Positions 40,111-52,153 are shown, counted from the stretch's first letter. The stretch is 64,000 nt of DNA from an uncultured delta proteobacterium (GCA_963789265.1 CAWBKB010000001.1:672001-736000); one strand, 5' to 3'. The notes: generated by a model from the sequence alone, not told the origin. Numbers and translations: made by a program.

Positions 40111-41239
40111 GAACAGGGGCCGCCTCCTCCAGGGAAATGAGGCCATAGCTCGGGGAGCGCTGGCCGCGGGGTGCAACTTCTACGCGGGTTACCCCATAAC
40201 GCCGTCAAGTGAAATCATGGAGCTTATGGGCCTCGAACTACCTGTACGCGGCGATGTTTTCATCCAAATGGAAGATGAGATCGCGTCGATGGGCGCATGC
40301 ATCGGAGCGAGTTTGGCCGGTCGCAAAACGATGACGGCCACGAGTGGTCCGGGATTCTCGTTGATGCAGGAAAACCTCGGTTATGCATGCATGGCGGAGA
40401 TCCCGGTGGTAGTTGTGAACGTGATGCGCTTGGGGCCTTCAACCGGTATGCCCACTAATGCGGCTCAGGGCGATCTGCAACAGGCGCGTTGGGGCACACA
40501 TGGAGACCACCCGGCTATAGTGCTCTGTCCGGCTACGGTATCCGAATGCTTCGATGTTACGGTAACCGCATTCAATCACGCGGAGCGATTCCGCACACCG
40601 GTGATACTACTCGCAGACGAAATGGTGGCGCACACTCGAGAAAAGGTTGTCCTGCCTGAAGCCGACGACATCGAAGTCATCAACCGTCGCCGTCCCACCG
40701 TGCCGCCGGAGTGGTATGTGCCGTACAAAACCGACGGGAGTCTCATTCCGCGGCTGGCGGCCCTGGGGGAGGGGTATCGCTACCATGTAACCGGCCTGAC
40801 CCACGACGAGCGGGGATTCCCAACCAGAAGACAAGACGAAGCCGCCTCATTCTACAAGCGGCTTTTCGCAAAGATCAGCAGTCAATTTGCATATCTGGAA
40901 ATGGTAAAACAGTTTGAGCTTGACGATGCCGAACTGCTGATAATTGCCTACGGATGCGTGGCAAGAGCGGCCCGTGCCGCGGTACGTCTGGGGCGGGAAA
41001 GAGGCATCAAACTCGGATTACTTCAGCTTCTCTCACTGTGGCCTTTTCCTCGTCGCGCGGTCTCCGAGGCTCTTACTGCGAAAAAAGCAGCGGTGGTGGC
41101 CGAGCTGAACTTGGGCCAAATCCGGCGGGAAGTGCTCCGGGTCAACGACGGTCGCACCCGTGTGCTTGGCCTCAACAAGGTTGACGGGACCATGATCACC
41201 CCTGAGGAAATTCTCAATCGCTTGCGAGAGATAAAATGA
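40103..41239 (+). CDS. korA: 2-oxoacid:ferredoxin oxidoreductase alpha subunit
   Basis: GNEAIA, AGYPITPSSE, QMEDE, ATSGPG, GPSTG. Confidence 0.9.
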   Translation: MNKNRGRLLQGNEAIARGALAAGCNFYAGYPITPSSEIMELMGLELPVRGDVFIQMEDEIASMGACIGASLAGRKTMTATSGPGFSLMQENLGYACMAEIPVVVVNVMRLGPSTGMPTNAAQGDLQQARWGTHGDHPAIVLCPATVSECFDVTVTAFNHAERFRTPVILLADEMVAHTREKVVLPEADDIEVINRRRPTVPPEWYVPYKTDGSLIPRLAALGEGYRYHVTGLTHDERGFPTRRQDEAASFYKRLFAKISSQFAYLEMVKQFELDDAELLIIAYGCVARAARAAVRLGRERGIKLGLLQLLSLWPFPRRAVSEALTAKKAAVVAELNLGQIRREVLRVNDGRTRVLGLNKVDGTMITPEEILNRLREIK

Positions 41240-41471
41240 AAATCGTTGAGCGGGCAGCAGGATTCTAGGTCCCGCGAGACGCGGGATACGCTGAGAACGC
41301 AGAGAGGAGGAAACCGCCTGAAGATCGCGCCGGAAGCCAGAAAGATACCCAGTCAGGACAGCATGTCTCCACCGGCCTAGACTCTAACGTGCTGTGCCGA
41401 GCTGAGAGAATTGCAAAGAAAAGAGACTTCTCTGCGCTCTCCGTGATCTCCGCGGTGAACGATCATCTAAA

Positions 41472-42323
41472 ATGAATGTCCAAGTAAGCCGAAGCGTGGT
41501 CTACGACTGGCTGCGCCATGACAAGAAATTTCCCCATGTCTGGTGTCCCGGATGCGGCCTTGGGATACTGCTGGGTTCGCTCGTTCGAGCTTTCGTGCAA
41601 AGCGGCCTGACCAAAGATGAAGTTGCTTTGGTGTCCGGCATCGGCTGCGCGGGGAGATTGCCGGTTTACGTGGATGTGGGCAGCGTCCACACGACTCACG
41701 GTCGGGCGCTCACGTTCGCTACCGGCATCAAGCTTGCCAAGCCGGAACTCACGGTCGTAACCGTAATGGGAGACGGCGATGCACTGGCCATTGGCGGCAA
41801 TCATCTTATTCACGCGGCGCGGCGCAACGTAGACATTGTCGCTATAGTGGTCAATAATCAGACTTACGGCATGACCGGCGGACAATATAGTCCTACGACT
41901 CCATTGGGCTCGAAAGCGTCCACCGCCTGGTTCGGGACCATTGAACCCTCTTTTGATATTGGTGCCCTGTGCGTTACCGCAGGGGCCGTATTCGTGGGCC
42001 GTACCACGGTTTATCATGTGGACCGCATGGATAGGCTTCTAGCGCAGGCATTAAGCAAACGTGGATTCAGCGTTGTGGAGGTCTTATCCCCCTGCTACAC
42101 GAATTTCGGCAGGCAGAATCGCCTGGGCTCGCACGTGGAGATGATGAAGCAATACAAGGAGCGCGGGGTTCCGGTTCAACGATGGGAAAAGATGAGTGAA
42201 TCGGAACGTGCCGGGCGCTTTCCGATAGGTGTCCTCGCGGACAGGGAATTGCCCACATTTCTCGATTCCTATCGCCGCGCGTGTGAGATTGCGGCAAAAT
42301 GGCGCGCGGAGGGGAAAATATGA
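41472..42323 (+). CDS. korB: 2-oxoacid:ferredoxin oxidoreductase beta subunit
   Basis: WCPGCG, SGIGC, HGR, GDGD..IGGNH, YGMTGGQ. Confidence 0.9.
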   Translation: MNVQVSRSVVYDWLRHDKKFPHVWCPGCGLGILLGSLVRAFVQSGLTKDEVALVSGIGCAGRLPVYVDVGSVHTTHGRALTFATGIKLAKPELTVVTVMGDGDALAIGGNHLIHAARRNVDIVAIVVNNQTYGMTGGQYSPTTPLGSKASTAWFGTIEPSFDIGALCVTAGAVFVGRTTVYHVDRMDRLLAQALSKRGFSVVEVLSPCYTNFGRQNRLGSHVEMMKQYKERGVPVQRWEKMSESERAGRFPIGVLADRELPTFLDSYRRACEIAAKWRAEGKI

Positions 42324-42936
42324 GAAACAAGGTTTCACCTTCATTGCCGGTGCCGCGAGTAGAGGTCCGATTTGCGGGCTCGGGTGGACAAGGAGTGATA
42401 TTGGCAGGCATGGTCCTGGCTGAAGCCGCAGGGGTCTTCGACGGACGTGAAGTTGCAATGGTTCAGTCTGTACGGTCCGGAAGCCCGCGGTGGAACCAGC
42501 AAAGCCGAGGTGATTATCAGTGATTTCCCCATCGACTACCCGCTGTGCACTCAGGTTGACCTATTCGTTGGCTCTGAACCAGGAAGCCTGCGACGCCTAT
42601 TGCTGGGACCTTAAGCCCAATGCGTGGATCGTCGTGGACCGCGACCTTATCACACATCCTCCCACCAGTCGGGCCATTGCTTTACCCTTTACAGCGGTAG
42701 CTCGGGATAAACTGAAGAGAATCATGGTGGCTAATGTTGTGGCCCTTGGAGCCATTTCCGAACTTACAGGGATCGTCACGAGACGCTCGCTGGAAAGGTC
42801 TCTGCTAAGCCGTGTGCCGCGAGGCACCGAAGAGCTGAACAAAAAGGCCCTCAGTCTGGGCGTGAAGCTCGTACGTCACACCGAAGGGCAAAACGACGCC
42901 GAGGAGAGCCGGGATCCCGGGGTAGAGAGCACTTAA
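42320..42936 (+). CDS. korC: 2-oxoacid:ferredoxin oxidoreductase gamma subunit (two frameshifts, ~42469 and ~42566)
   Basis: RFAGSGGQGVIL; YGPEARGGTS in a shifted frame; ANVVALGA. Confidence 0.85.
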
Positions 42937-43034
42937 CGAGAGACAAAAAGGTTCTGGAGCGGTTGCCAAAGAAAATGTCCGCGTGGGCGCTCGATGCTTA
43001 GAATGCGAAGGGTCAACGTAGTGTGGGTTTTGCT

Positions 43035-43330
43035 GTCATTCCCGCGTATGCGGAAATTGAGTAGGTCGGCCCGTGGCCGTCCCGCGCTTCGCGGGATCGG
43101 GCACGGCCCGACTTACACCTGGATCGTAGTCCTGGGTGATCCCGCTGAACGTGGAGCAAGTCGGACATAAGTTTTGGCAACTACTATGATCGCAGTGCCG
43201 GTGAGCGTGGGAAAGAGATCTCCAGACCTTCGGCTTGATGGGATGAGCATGCTGCGCAGCAGGTCGGCTCAGTGGGATGAGCATCTTGCCCGCCGGGTCG
43301 TCATACCCGCGTACGCGGGAATTCAGAGAC
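43035..43330. repeat. Cluster of GTCAT(T/A)CCCGCG..GCGG(G/A)AATT palindromes
   Basis: Two related copies near 43035 and 43300 in intergenic DNA. Confidence 0.55.
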
Positions 43331-43498
43331 CTGTGGGGCAGGTTTTCCAACCTGCCGGAAACGCGTTTTGGGAAATCGGACAAAAAAATGGGCACTTGTT
43401 GTAGCTGACGACTTTCTTCCGAGACTCAGAGTTGATATTCTGCCCGCATGCCGCCCTCCACACGCCAACGATTCCGAAGTCCGAACGGAGACGCAGAG

Positions 43499-46240
43499 AT
43501 GAAAGACGAAGACAGGTCCCGAGAACAACTCCTCGGAGAATTGGAGAACCTGCGCGGACGCGTTGCTCAATTGGAAAGAGCAGAAGAGGCTAAGCTCGGG
43601 GCCGCGGACAAGGTCGGCAGAGAGAGTGAAGAGCGTTTTCGTTCACTATTCGACAATATGCTTGAAGGCTTTGCCCACTGCAAGATGATTTTTGAAGGCG
43701 GTAAGCCGATAGATTTTGTCTATCTCAGTGTTAACTCAGCATTCGAAAGATTGACAGGTCTGCAAAATGTCGGCGGCAAGAAAGTGACGGAAGTGATACC
43801 GGGCATCAAGGCTTCCAATCCTGAATTATTTGAGATCTATGGAAGAGTAGCTTTGACCGGAGACCCGGAAAAGTTCGAAACCTATATAGATTCTCTGGGA
43901 ATTTGGTTTTCTATCTCCGTGTATAGCACTGAAAGAGAGCACTTTGTCGCAGTGTTTGACAATATCACCGATCGGAAACGAACCGAGGAAACACTGCGGG
44001 AAAGCGAGGAGAAATATCGTCTGGTCGTGGACAATGTTCACGAGGCAATACTTGTTGTTCAAGACAAAAAGCTCCAATTTGCGAATACGGCTGCCATAGA
44101 TAGTCTGTCATACAGCGCTGAAGAGTTGCTCTCCACCCCTCTTGCAGAATTCATTCACCCTGACGACAGGGGGCTGGTTCTCGGACGCTATCTGGCAAGG
44201 ATGAAAGGAGAAGATGTACCAAGCCGCTATTCCTTCAGGATGTTGTGCAAAGACGGAACAGAGAGATGGGTCGAAATCGAGTCCAGTTTGATTTCCTGGG
44301 AAGCAAGGCCCGCGGCCCTGGTCTTCCTGGTTGACATCACCGAACGCGTGCGAATGGAAGAGGCTCTTAAAGAGAGCGAGGAACGATACCGAACTCTTGT
44401 GGAGCAGAGCTTTGATGGCGTGTTTTTCTACAAAGGGCCCAAGATCGTTTTTGCCAACCGGCGCCTCCATGAGATGTTTGGATATGCCCAAGGGCAATTG
44501 GAAGGAATAGATCACTTGCTGTTGTGTCATCCCGATCACCGGAAGTTCGTTCGCGAAAGGATTTTGGCGCGATTGCGGGGCGAAGAAGTGGTTTCACGGT
44601 ACGAGATCGTGTTTCAGCGGAAAGACGGCTCAACTTTTGAGGGGCAGATCAATGCAAAAATGGTAAAGATAAGGGGAGAGGCGGGCATACAAGTGTGGGT
44701 GAGGGATCTGTCGGAACAAAGGAGTGCCGAGAAGGTTCAGAGGCGTTTGGCCACGGCCGTGGAACAAGCGGCGGAAGCAATAGTCATCACCGACCTCAAG
44801 GGTAACATAGAATACGTTAACCCCGCCTTCACTCGCGTCACCGGTTACGCTGAGGAAGAAGTGATGGGGGAGAAGCCTAGCTTACTTCGATTTGGTGACG
44901 TCGGCCCGGAATTTTATGAGGAGGTGAAACAAATCTTTTTCAGAGGGGAGTCCTGGGCCGGCCGTTTGAGCAAGAAGCGCAAAGACGGCACCCCTTACGA
45001 GGAAGATGTCACCGTCAGCCCGGTGCGGGATCAGTCAGGCCGAATCGTTAATGTGGTCATCGTAAAGCGTGACGTAACGAATGAGGTGCGTCTACAGAAA
45101 CAGCTTCTCCATGCTCAAAAGATGGAAGCAGTCGGTACCCTGGCAGGGGGAATTGCACACGACTTCAACAATCTCCTCCAGGTCACTCTGGGATATTCAG
45201 AATTGTTACTCACCTCAAAAGACGAAGAAGACCCGGAATACGAAGATCTCTCCAGAATACTTCAGGCGGCCAAAAGTGGGGCCGAGCTTGTGCAGAGACT
45301 GCTCACATTCAGCCGAAAGGTGGAACCCAGGGCCGTCCTCTTGAATCTCAACAAGCACATCGTGCAAGTGCAGAAACTGTTGCGGCGGACTCTTCCCAAG
45401 ATGATAGATATACAGACGGATTTGTCCGGCGACCTTGCGGAAATCAATGCCGACCCAATTCAAATGGAACAAGTGCTGATGAATTTGGCGGTCAACGCGA
45501 GTGATGCCATGCCGAATCGCGGCAAACTCATCCTTGAAACAAAGAATGTCACGCTTGATGAGGAATATTGCCGGACGAATGTTGCAACTCATCCCGGAGA
45601 ATATGTGTTATTGAGGGTTTCGGACACCGGCCAGGGAATGGAAAAGAAAACCATCGAGCACATATTTGAGCCGTTTTACACCACCAAAGAGTTGGGGAGA
45701 GGAACCGGGCTGGGCCTTGCGATGGTTTACGGAATTGTCAAGCAGCATGGAGGTTTCATAACCTGTTACAGCGAAGTCGGCAGAGGCACGGCTTTCAGTG
45801 CCTTTTTCCCGGCCATGGGGAAACCTACGGACTCGGAAGTGAAGAAGATTGGAGAAATCCCCGCATCCGGAACGGAAACTATTCTCCTGGTCGACGATGA
45901 ACCACCCGTACGTGAATTGGGCGAGCGCATTCTTGCTAAGGCCGGATACACGGTACTTGTGGCAGGCAATGGCATCGAGGCTCGTGACCTATTTATAGGG
46001 AACGGGAAACAAATAGCTCTAGTAATACTTGACCTGGTAATGCCCGATATGGGAGGCCAGGAGTGTCTGTGCGAGCTTCTTAAGATCGATCCTCGAGCAA
46101 AAATCCTCGTGGCCAGCGGCTATTCGCCTGACGACGGCATGAGGGGCATCCTCGAACTCGGCGCAAGGGGATTCGTCCACAAGCCCTTCAGATTTAAGGA
46201 GTTGCTCCAACAGGTCCGTGAAGTACTTGATGAAATGTGA
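43499..46240 (+). CDS. Multi-PAS hybrid sensor histidine kinase / receiver
   Basis: Four PAS repeats; AHDFNN H-box; N, D, F and G boxes; ILLVDDE...DLVMP receiver. Confidence 0.95.
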   Translation: MKDEDRSREQLLGELENLRGRVAQLERAEEAKLGAADKVGRESEERFRSLFDNMLEGFAHCKMIFEGGKPIDFVYLSVNSAFERLTGLQNVGGKKVTEVIPGIKASNPELFEIYGRVALTGDPEKFETYIDSLGIWFSISVYSTEREHFVAVFDNITDRKRTEETLRESEEKYRLVVDNVHEAILVVQDKKLQFANTAAIDSLSYSAEELLSTPLAEFIHPDDRGLVLGRYLARMKGEDVPSRYSFRMLCKDGTERWVEIESSLISWEARPAALVFLVDITERVRMEEALKESEERYRTLVEQSFDGVFFYKGPKIVFANRRLHEMFGYAQGQLEGIDHLLLCHPDHRKFVRERILARLRGEEVVSRYEIVFQRKDGSTFEGQINAKMVKIRGEAGIQVWVRDLSEQRSAEKVQRRLATAVEQAAEAIVITDLKGNIEYVNPAFTRVTGYAEEEVMGEKPSLLRFGDVGPEFYEEVKQIFFRGESWAGRLSKKRKDGTPYEEDVTVSPVRDQSGRIVNVVIVKRDVTNEVRLQKQLLHAQKMEAVGTLAGGIAHDFNNLLQVTLGYSELLLTSKDEEDPEYEDLSRILQAAKSGAELVQRLLTFSRKVEPRAVLLNLNKHIVQVQKLLRRTLPKMIDIQTDLSGDLAEINADPIQMEQVLMNLAVNASDAMPNRGKLILETKNVTLDEEYCRTNVATHPGEYVLLRVSDTGQGMEKKTIEHIFEPFYTTKELGRGTGLGLAMVYGIVKQHGGFITCYSEVGRGTAFSAFFPAMGKPTDSEVKKIGEIPASGTETILLVDDEPPVRELGERILAKAGYTVLVAGNGIEARDLFIGNGKQIALVILDLVMPDMGGQECLCELLKIDPRAKILVASGYSPDDGMRGILELGARGFVHKPFRFKELLQQVREVLDEM

Positions 46241-46295
46241 TTCGTTCGCTATTCGTTGGTTGCTACGAGCAATGCTTTTGGAATTGAGAGAGGCA

Positions 46296-46695
46296 TCAGT
46301 TTATTTCTAACGCTTTCTTGACGGCTTGAATCAACTGCTTGATGTCATAAGGTTTATTCACAACACCCCGTGTGTGCTTTTTGACCGCGTCTTTAAGCTC
46401 ATCCTCGGCCGAAGCACCCGTAGCGATGAGGACGTTCACGGCGGGATTGATTTTCAGCAGTTCCTGGAGACACTCTTTACCTCCCATCTCAGGCATGACG
46501 AGATCCAATATCACTAATGCAATCTTGTTTTGCTCGCTTTTGTATACTTGTAGGGCCTCGTTTCCATTGACGGCGGTTAGAACATCGGTACCCGCCCGTT
46601 CGGAGGATGCGTTCAGCCACGTCTCTTACATAATCGTCATCGTCTACCAAAAGGATGGTCTCTGGGCCTTCCGTGGCAAACGCAGACTCTGACAT
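46296..46695 (-). CDS. Single-domain response regulator (frameshifted)
   Basis: ETILLVDDD in one frame; ILDLVMPEMGG...KPY in another. Confidence 0.8.
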
Positions 46696-47019
46696 GCGAT
46701 CACATCCCTGTATGCCTCCGACATGAAAAGAGCGACTCCAAATGCAGTCAACCTTTAGATGTACACAACTAAACTAATTCTTAAATCGTTTTAGTCAAGT
46801 TCGAGATTAAAATATCTCCGGGCGGATGACTCTCCGGGAATTATACCGATTCGCCTTCAAGCAAGTGGCACCGTGCTTCCGGTAGGGGCGGCCTCCGCGC
46901 GGGGCGGCCCGCAATACCCTTTCAAGGTTTGTCGCTTGTTCGAAGCCGCATTGCTATCATAATAAGGGCAGGCCTTGATAGGGAAAGGGGATGACATCCC
47001 CCACAATTTGTGCTCTCTG

Positions 47020-47898
47020 TCAGTGTGAGGACACGTGCCTCGTGCCCCGATCGGCTGGGATTTGAAGCACCCTGTACAGAAAAGAAATCAGCTTCTCGAA
47101 TGAGTCAGCCAACACCGGCTTCTGGGAGGGGTATTCAATTCTGGGGTCAAAATAGACGGTGAACATGTGTTTTTGACCGGGATAAATATGCATTTCAAAG
47201 TATCGGCCGTATTGCTGTAGCTTGGCCGCCAATTGCTTTGCGTACTTCACGTCGTACACGTCGTCGTCTTCCCCGTGGAAGATCAACACTGGGGGCAGAC
47301 AGCGAGGATCGTAAGGCGTTATCCAAGGTTCCCCGCCATAGTTCCACACAACTGCCTTGATTCGCGGATCCCTACAAGCATACGTCAGAGCCGCGTTGGC
47401 AGGCTGAGAGAACCCTTCCAGAACGATCCTGTTGGGGTCCACTACAGGCCAATTATAGAGGTAATCGACGGCAGCGCGAATCGACTGTAGGTACCATTCA
47501 TCCGTAAAAAAGAGTTTTGCCGCTACGACGCCCTGCGCCACCGCGCCCTTTGCATAACCGAGCCCCCTGTCCCACGCAATTGGGCCGGGTGATAAGGATT
47601 CGGGATAATTCGACGGGTCTATGATGATGACCGCGAAGTTGCGATTCGCTAGATTTTGGCAGTAAACGTGGTATTGAAGGAAGACTTGAGATCCTACGCC
47701 CACGCCGACCACTACCCCGGGAATCCGTGTCTTGACTGGATGGTCCGGAAGGAAACAATAGGCCGGCAACGTCTTGCCGTTTTGCAGGGGAATATAAGTC
47801 TTGAACTTCCCCGCATAACTGTTGGTGTTTAAAAAACTGAGGATCAGAACAAAAACCGCGACAGCGTACGCAGATCCACGGATGACTCTCAATTCCAT
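47020..47898 (-). CDS. Secreted dienelactone hydrolase-like alpha/beta hydrolase
   Basis: VDPNRI..GFS, PVLIFHGEDD, YPGQKH.F; signal peptide. Confidence 0.8.
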   Translation of the reverse strand: MELRVIRGSAYAVAVFVLILSFLNTNSYAGKFKTYIPLQNGKTLPAYCFLPDHPVKTRIPGVVVGVGVGSQVFLQYHVYCQNLANRNFAVIIIDPSNYPESLSPGPIAWDRGLGYAKGAVAQGVVAAKLFFTDEWYLQSIRAAVDYLYNWPVVDPNRIVLEGFSQPANAALTYACRDPRIKAVVWNYGGEPWITPYDPRCLPPVLIFHGEDDDVYDVKYAKQLAAKLQQYGRYFEMHIYPGQKHMFTVYFDPRIEYPSQKPVLADSFEKLISFLYRVLQIPADRGTRHVSSH

Positions 47899-48010
47899 AC
47901 TCCTTCAAATTGCAAAACACAAGGTAACGACGGCGACAGTATCACCATCTGCCAAAAATGTCAAGAAACTCATAAGGATGCAAAAATACTCTAAGTATCC
48001 GTCTTGCTTT

Positions 48011-48786
48011 TTACGGCCGGGAATCTCGGGCTCGTAACACGGCTTCCCGGAAGTCTGCGAAAGTAATCTTCATAAAGCTATTGAACCATCGTTCGTAGTT
48101 GAGTTTTCCCGCATGCGGGGGAATCGTGTGATCTCGATCTTCCGGGCAGAGGCGGTAAGGTTCGCCTTCCTGAGAAAGGCGCCCCGGCGCGCAGGCGAGG
48201 CGAGCGGGGACCATGTACAATTTCTGAGTGGAATATGCTTTCATCATGTCGTATTTGCAGCGAATGGCATCATCAGGCAATGGATTGTACATGACCGCGG
48301 GCCCGCCCGGCGGAAAATGGTTAATACGCCACTTCCAGTGAAAAAAGTCTCCGGTGCCGTTGTACAAGGGAACTCGAGAAGCTGAGGCTTGATCCCGATC
48401 CTGGCCGAACATTCGTGCGCCAGAAAATTCACCGAATCATGGTCCGGATGGCCCCCTTCATAAGCGTCTACGAAGATGACGTCCGGCCTCACTTCGTTAA
48501 GCAAATTGGCCGCGCAATCTACTGCATCTTCAAGCAACGAAACCAACCCCAGATCGGGAATCCTCAGCAAATGCGTGCGGGATTGATCCAGCCCCAGAAC
48601 GTCCATTGATCGTTTGAGTTCGGACTCTCTGATTTCCCTTTTTGTAAAGCGATTGCCCGATGTCGCCCAAGCCGCGTGGATATCGGCTCCTGAGTCTAAT
48701 AGGAGCTTCATGGTGCCCGAGATCACTACCTCGTCATCCGGATGGGCGAACAGGAAAAAATATTTTGCGTCTGGGCTCAACTTCAT
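48011..48786 (-). CDS. PIG-L/LmbE-family deacetylase (one frameshift ~48370)
   Basis: AHPDDE, R..E, GGHPDH, YSTQ. Confidence 0.85.
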
Positions 48787-48866
48787 ATTCTAGTCTATTT
48801 CTCGGCCGGACCTCTTACGATTGTCCACTTTGCCGGCACAATCTCGCATAGGTGCAATTGCAGCCG

Positions 48867-49181
48867 TCAATGTATCAAGTGGGCACGGCCACCATCCGGA
48901 GAGGTTTTGAGATGGAGGTGCGAGTAGATGTCCTCCAGGAGGGCTTCCTTGCATGCAGGGCAAAGGACAAATACATCATCCTCGTAAACCTGACGGTTCA
49001 GATCTTCCTCGCTGTACGGTGAGACGCTTCTCAGGAGTTGTGTCAAGTCCGGCTCGCCGCTCTCTTCTTCCAATTCGGGAATTACTCCATCGAACATCGA
49101 CCGAACCCGTACGACGACCTGGTATTTGAGAGCCCCCTGGGGAAGACGACTTCCGCATCGTTGACAATGCATCCTGCTCAT
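48867..49181 (-). CDS. Small putative zinc-binding hypothetical protein
   Basis: CQRC ... CPAC. Confidence 0.7.
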   Translation of the reverse strand: MSRMHCQRCGSRLPQGALKYQVVVRVRSMFDGVIPELEEESGEPDLTQLLRSVSPYSEEDLNRQVYEDDVFVLCPACKEALLEDIYSHLHLKTSPDGGRAHLIH

Positions 49182-49253
49182 GACATTGACAGAACCTCCC
49201 GGTCAGATTATAAAAAAAACGTTGCCGGTGCGCCAGCAAAATCATCGGAGATC

Positions 49254-50255
49254 ATGATGCATTTCCCTGAATACAGAGCCAGAAGGCTCCGGAGGACCGA
49301 AACCCTCCGAAGCATGGTGCGGGAAGTTCAACTGGATCCCCAGGATTTCATTCTCCCTTTTTTTGTCAGACCGGGCAAAGGAGTGAAGAGTCCTATTGCC
49401 AGTATGCCGGGACACTTCCAACTCTCACCCGACATGGTCATACGGGAGCTGAAAGAGCCTGTGGACAGAGGCATGCCTTCCATTCTGCTTTTTGGGATTC
49501 CGGAGAAAAAGGACCCCACCGGGTCGGAAGCCTACGCTAAAAACGGAATTATCCAGCGGACAGTGCGCGAGGTCAAGAACGCTTTTCCTCACCTGGTGGT
49601 GGTAACGGATGTTTGCCTCTGCGAATATACCGATCACGGCCATTGCGGAGTAATCCGAGACCAGGATGTGGACAATGACCTAACGCTGGAACTCCTCGCC
49701 AAGATGGCACTTTCACATGCTCAGTCAGGGGTGGACATTGTCGCGCCCAGCGACATGATGGACGGGCGCGTAGGCGCAATTAGGGAAGCTCTGGACGAAG
49801 GAGGATTCGACTGGCTTCCTATAATGGCCTACTCGGCAAAGTATGCTTCCGCCTTCTATGGGCCTTTTCGTGATGCCGCCGAATCCCCCCCCAAGTTCGG
49901 TGATCGCCGTTCGTACCAAATGGATCCGGCCAATTCAGATGAAGCCATCCGCGAGGTGGCGATGGATGTGGATGAAGGAGCCGACCTGATAATGGTCAAG
50001 CCGGCTTTGCCATACTTGGATGTTATCTGGCGTGTACGCAATTCGTTTGATCTGCCGCTGGTTGCTTACAATGTGAGCGGAGAATTTGCCATGATAAAGG
50101 CAGCGGCACAGAACGGCTGGATAGACGGAGATCTTTGCATGATGGAAGCCTTGACCTCCATCAAAAGAGCCGGTGCGGACCTGATAATTTCCTATCATGC
50201 CTTGGAAGCCGTCCGCATCCTTCAAGAGGGGACCCGAACTTCGAGGACAAAGTGA
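49254..50255 (+). CDS. hemB: Porphobilinogen synthase
   Basis: [36 protein letters not shown]. Confidence 0.97.
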   Translation: MMHFPEYRARRLRRTETLRSMVREVQLDPQDFILPFFVRPGKGVKSPIASMPGHFQLSPDMVIRELKEPVDRGMPSILLFGIPEKKDPTGSEAYAKNGIIQRTVREVKNAFPHLVVVTDVCLCEYTDHGHCGVIRDQDVDNDLTLELLAKMALSHAQSGVDIVAPSDMMDGRVGAIREALDEGGFDWLPIMAYSAKYASAFYGPFRDAAESPPKFGDRRSYQMDPANSDEAIREVAMDVDEGADLIMVKPALPYLDVIWRVRNSFDLPLVAYNVSGEFAMIKAAAQNGWIDGDLCMMEALTSIKRAGADLIISYHALEAVRILQEGTRTSRTK

Positions 50256-51356
50256 TCCCTTCGCAATTGAGATTAGTCGCCTGGGAGATGACCCGGGCCT
50301 GTAATCTGGCCTGCGTACATTGCCGAGCCGGTGCATGCTCGCAACCCGATCCCGAACAGCTTAGCCTTGCGGAAGGCCGGTCGCTCATCGACGGCATTGC
50401 AAAGGTCGGCAAACCCATACTCATCATGACAGGAGGTGAACCCCTGCTGCGGTCGGATTTTTTCGATCTGGCGGCTTACGCTAATGCAGTGGGTTTGAGA
50501 GCTGTTCTCGCCACAAACGGGGTACTGGTAACACGTGAAGTTGCCGGTGAAATTGCTTCCGTAGGGATACCACGGGTAAGTATCAGCCTGGACGGCCCCA
50601 CTGCGGAGGAGCATGACGCTTTCCGGAAGGTCCCGGGCGCTTTTGAATCGTCTCTTGCCGGCGTGGAAAATTTGCGTAAGGCCGGGGTATCAGTTCAGAT
50701 CAATACCACCCTCACAAGGCGCAATTGCAGGCAATTGGGCCAAATCATGAATCTGGCTCAAGAGATCGGCGCTGATGCCTTTCATGTCTTTCTCCTGGTA
50801 CCAACGGGGCGGGCCAGGGATATGGTCGGCGAAGAGATGGGGCCTCGGGAGTACAGGGGAAACCTTGCTCGAATTCTACAGACTGGCAAGGGCTTCCAAA
50901 CTTGAGACTAAGGCCACATGTGCTCCGCAATACTATAGGATTCTCAGGCAACAAGCCAAGATCGAGGGCTTGGAGGTGTCCGAGCAGACATTCGGGCTCA
51001 ATGCCCGCACTCGTGGTTGCCTCGGAGGCATCTCCTTCGTATTCGTGTCCCACAAAGGGGAATTGCAGCCATGCGGTTACTTCGACGTCCAGGCCGGAAG
51101 CGTTCGGGAGTCGGAGTTTTCAGATCTGTGGGAAAATGCGCCGCTGTTTAAAGATCTGCGCCAATTAAGCCTCCTCGAGGGAAAATGCGGAAAGTGCGAC
51201 TTTCTGAGATCTTGCGGCGGCTGCCGGGCCCGAGCATTCGAGCTGACAGGGAGGTACATGTCCGAGGAGCCGTACCTGCCGCGTATCAGCCGCCTGCTTT
51301 GCGAAGAATCGGGACCGCAACCTGAGCACGCCTTCACTGGCGTGAACTTCGAGTGA
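50252..51356 (+). CDS. ahbD: Radical SAM/SPASM heme b synthase AhbD-like (frameshift ~50858, possibly more near the end)
   Basis: [51 protein letters not shown]...CGGCRARA; overlaps the hemB stop. Confidence 0.8.
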
Positions 51357-51391
51357 GACTCACGGGCCGTTAAGGACTTCGGAGCGGGATT

Positions 51392-51449
51392 GGTGGGACA
51401 GGCATCTTGCCCGTCTCTGAAAGAATGACAGGCAAGATGCCTGTCCCAC
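51392..51449. repeat. Stand-alone GTGGGACAGGCATCTTGCC...GGCAAGATGCCTGTCCCAC REP-like hairpin
   Basis: Near-perfect inverted repeat, related to the inner parts of 7489 and 26903. Confidence 0.8.
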
Positions 51450-51523
51450 TGTGGCCTTGTACATGTCCGCAACTCGTGCAATCGGGCATTTACTCAAATC
51501 CCACACTGTTTTCGGAGGAATGG

Positions 51524-52153
51524 ATGATCATCGAGCAGATTCAAGTCGGAAGCTTCGAAATATTTTGCTACATACTAGGAGACCCTGAAGCAGGGGAAGG
51601 CATCATCATAGACCCCGGCGGAGCCCCGGAGCCGATCGTGAAAAGGGCCCAGAGCCGAGGCGTCAGTAAGATAAAATGGATCGTCAATACCCACAGCCAC
51701 GTGGATCACATAGCAGGGAACAAGCGTATGCAGGACGCTACAGGAGCACCCATTGCAATCCACGAGGCTGACGCAGGTGCTTTGTCTCGTCCAAACATGA
51801 GCATGCTCGCAATGTTTAATGGAGAGCCTTCTCCACCCCCCGGCCTTTTGCTCAAGGATGGCGACACTATCTCTTTTGGCAATCAATCCGTAAAGGTCAT
51901 CCATACTCCGGGACACTCCCCGGGGGGGATCTGTCTATATTTTCCAGGATACGTGATTACGGGCGACACCCTCTTTGTAGGCGGTGTGGGGCGAACCGAT
52001 CTGCCGGGCGGTTCGTACCAGGTGCTTCAGTCTTCAATTCGCGAAAGACTGTTCACGCTACCTGAGGACACGATCGTACTCCCGGGTCACAACTACGGGT
52101 CGACTCTCACCTCGACCATAGCCAGAGAAAAGGCTGAGAACCAGTTTATCTGA
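51524..52153 (+). CDS. MBL-fold metallo-hydrolase (glyoxalase II-like)
   Basis: THSHVDH, HTPGHSPG, GDTLF, PGH. Confidence 0.92.
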   Translation: MIIEQIQVGSFEIFCYILGDPEAGEGIIIDPGGAPEPIVKRAQSRGVSKIKWIVNTHSHVDHIAGNKRMQDATGAPIAIHEADAGALSRPNMSMLAMFNGEPSPPPGLLLKDGDTISFGNQSVKVIHTPGHSPGGICLYFPGYVITGDTLFVGGVGRTDLPGGSYQVLQSSIRERLFTLPEDTIVLPGHNYGSTLTSTIAREKAENQFI

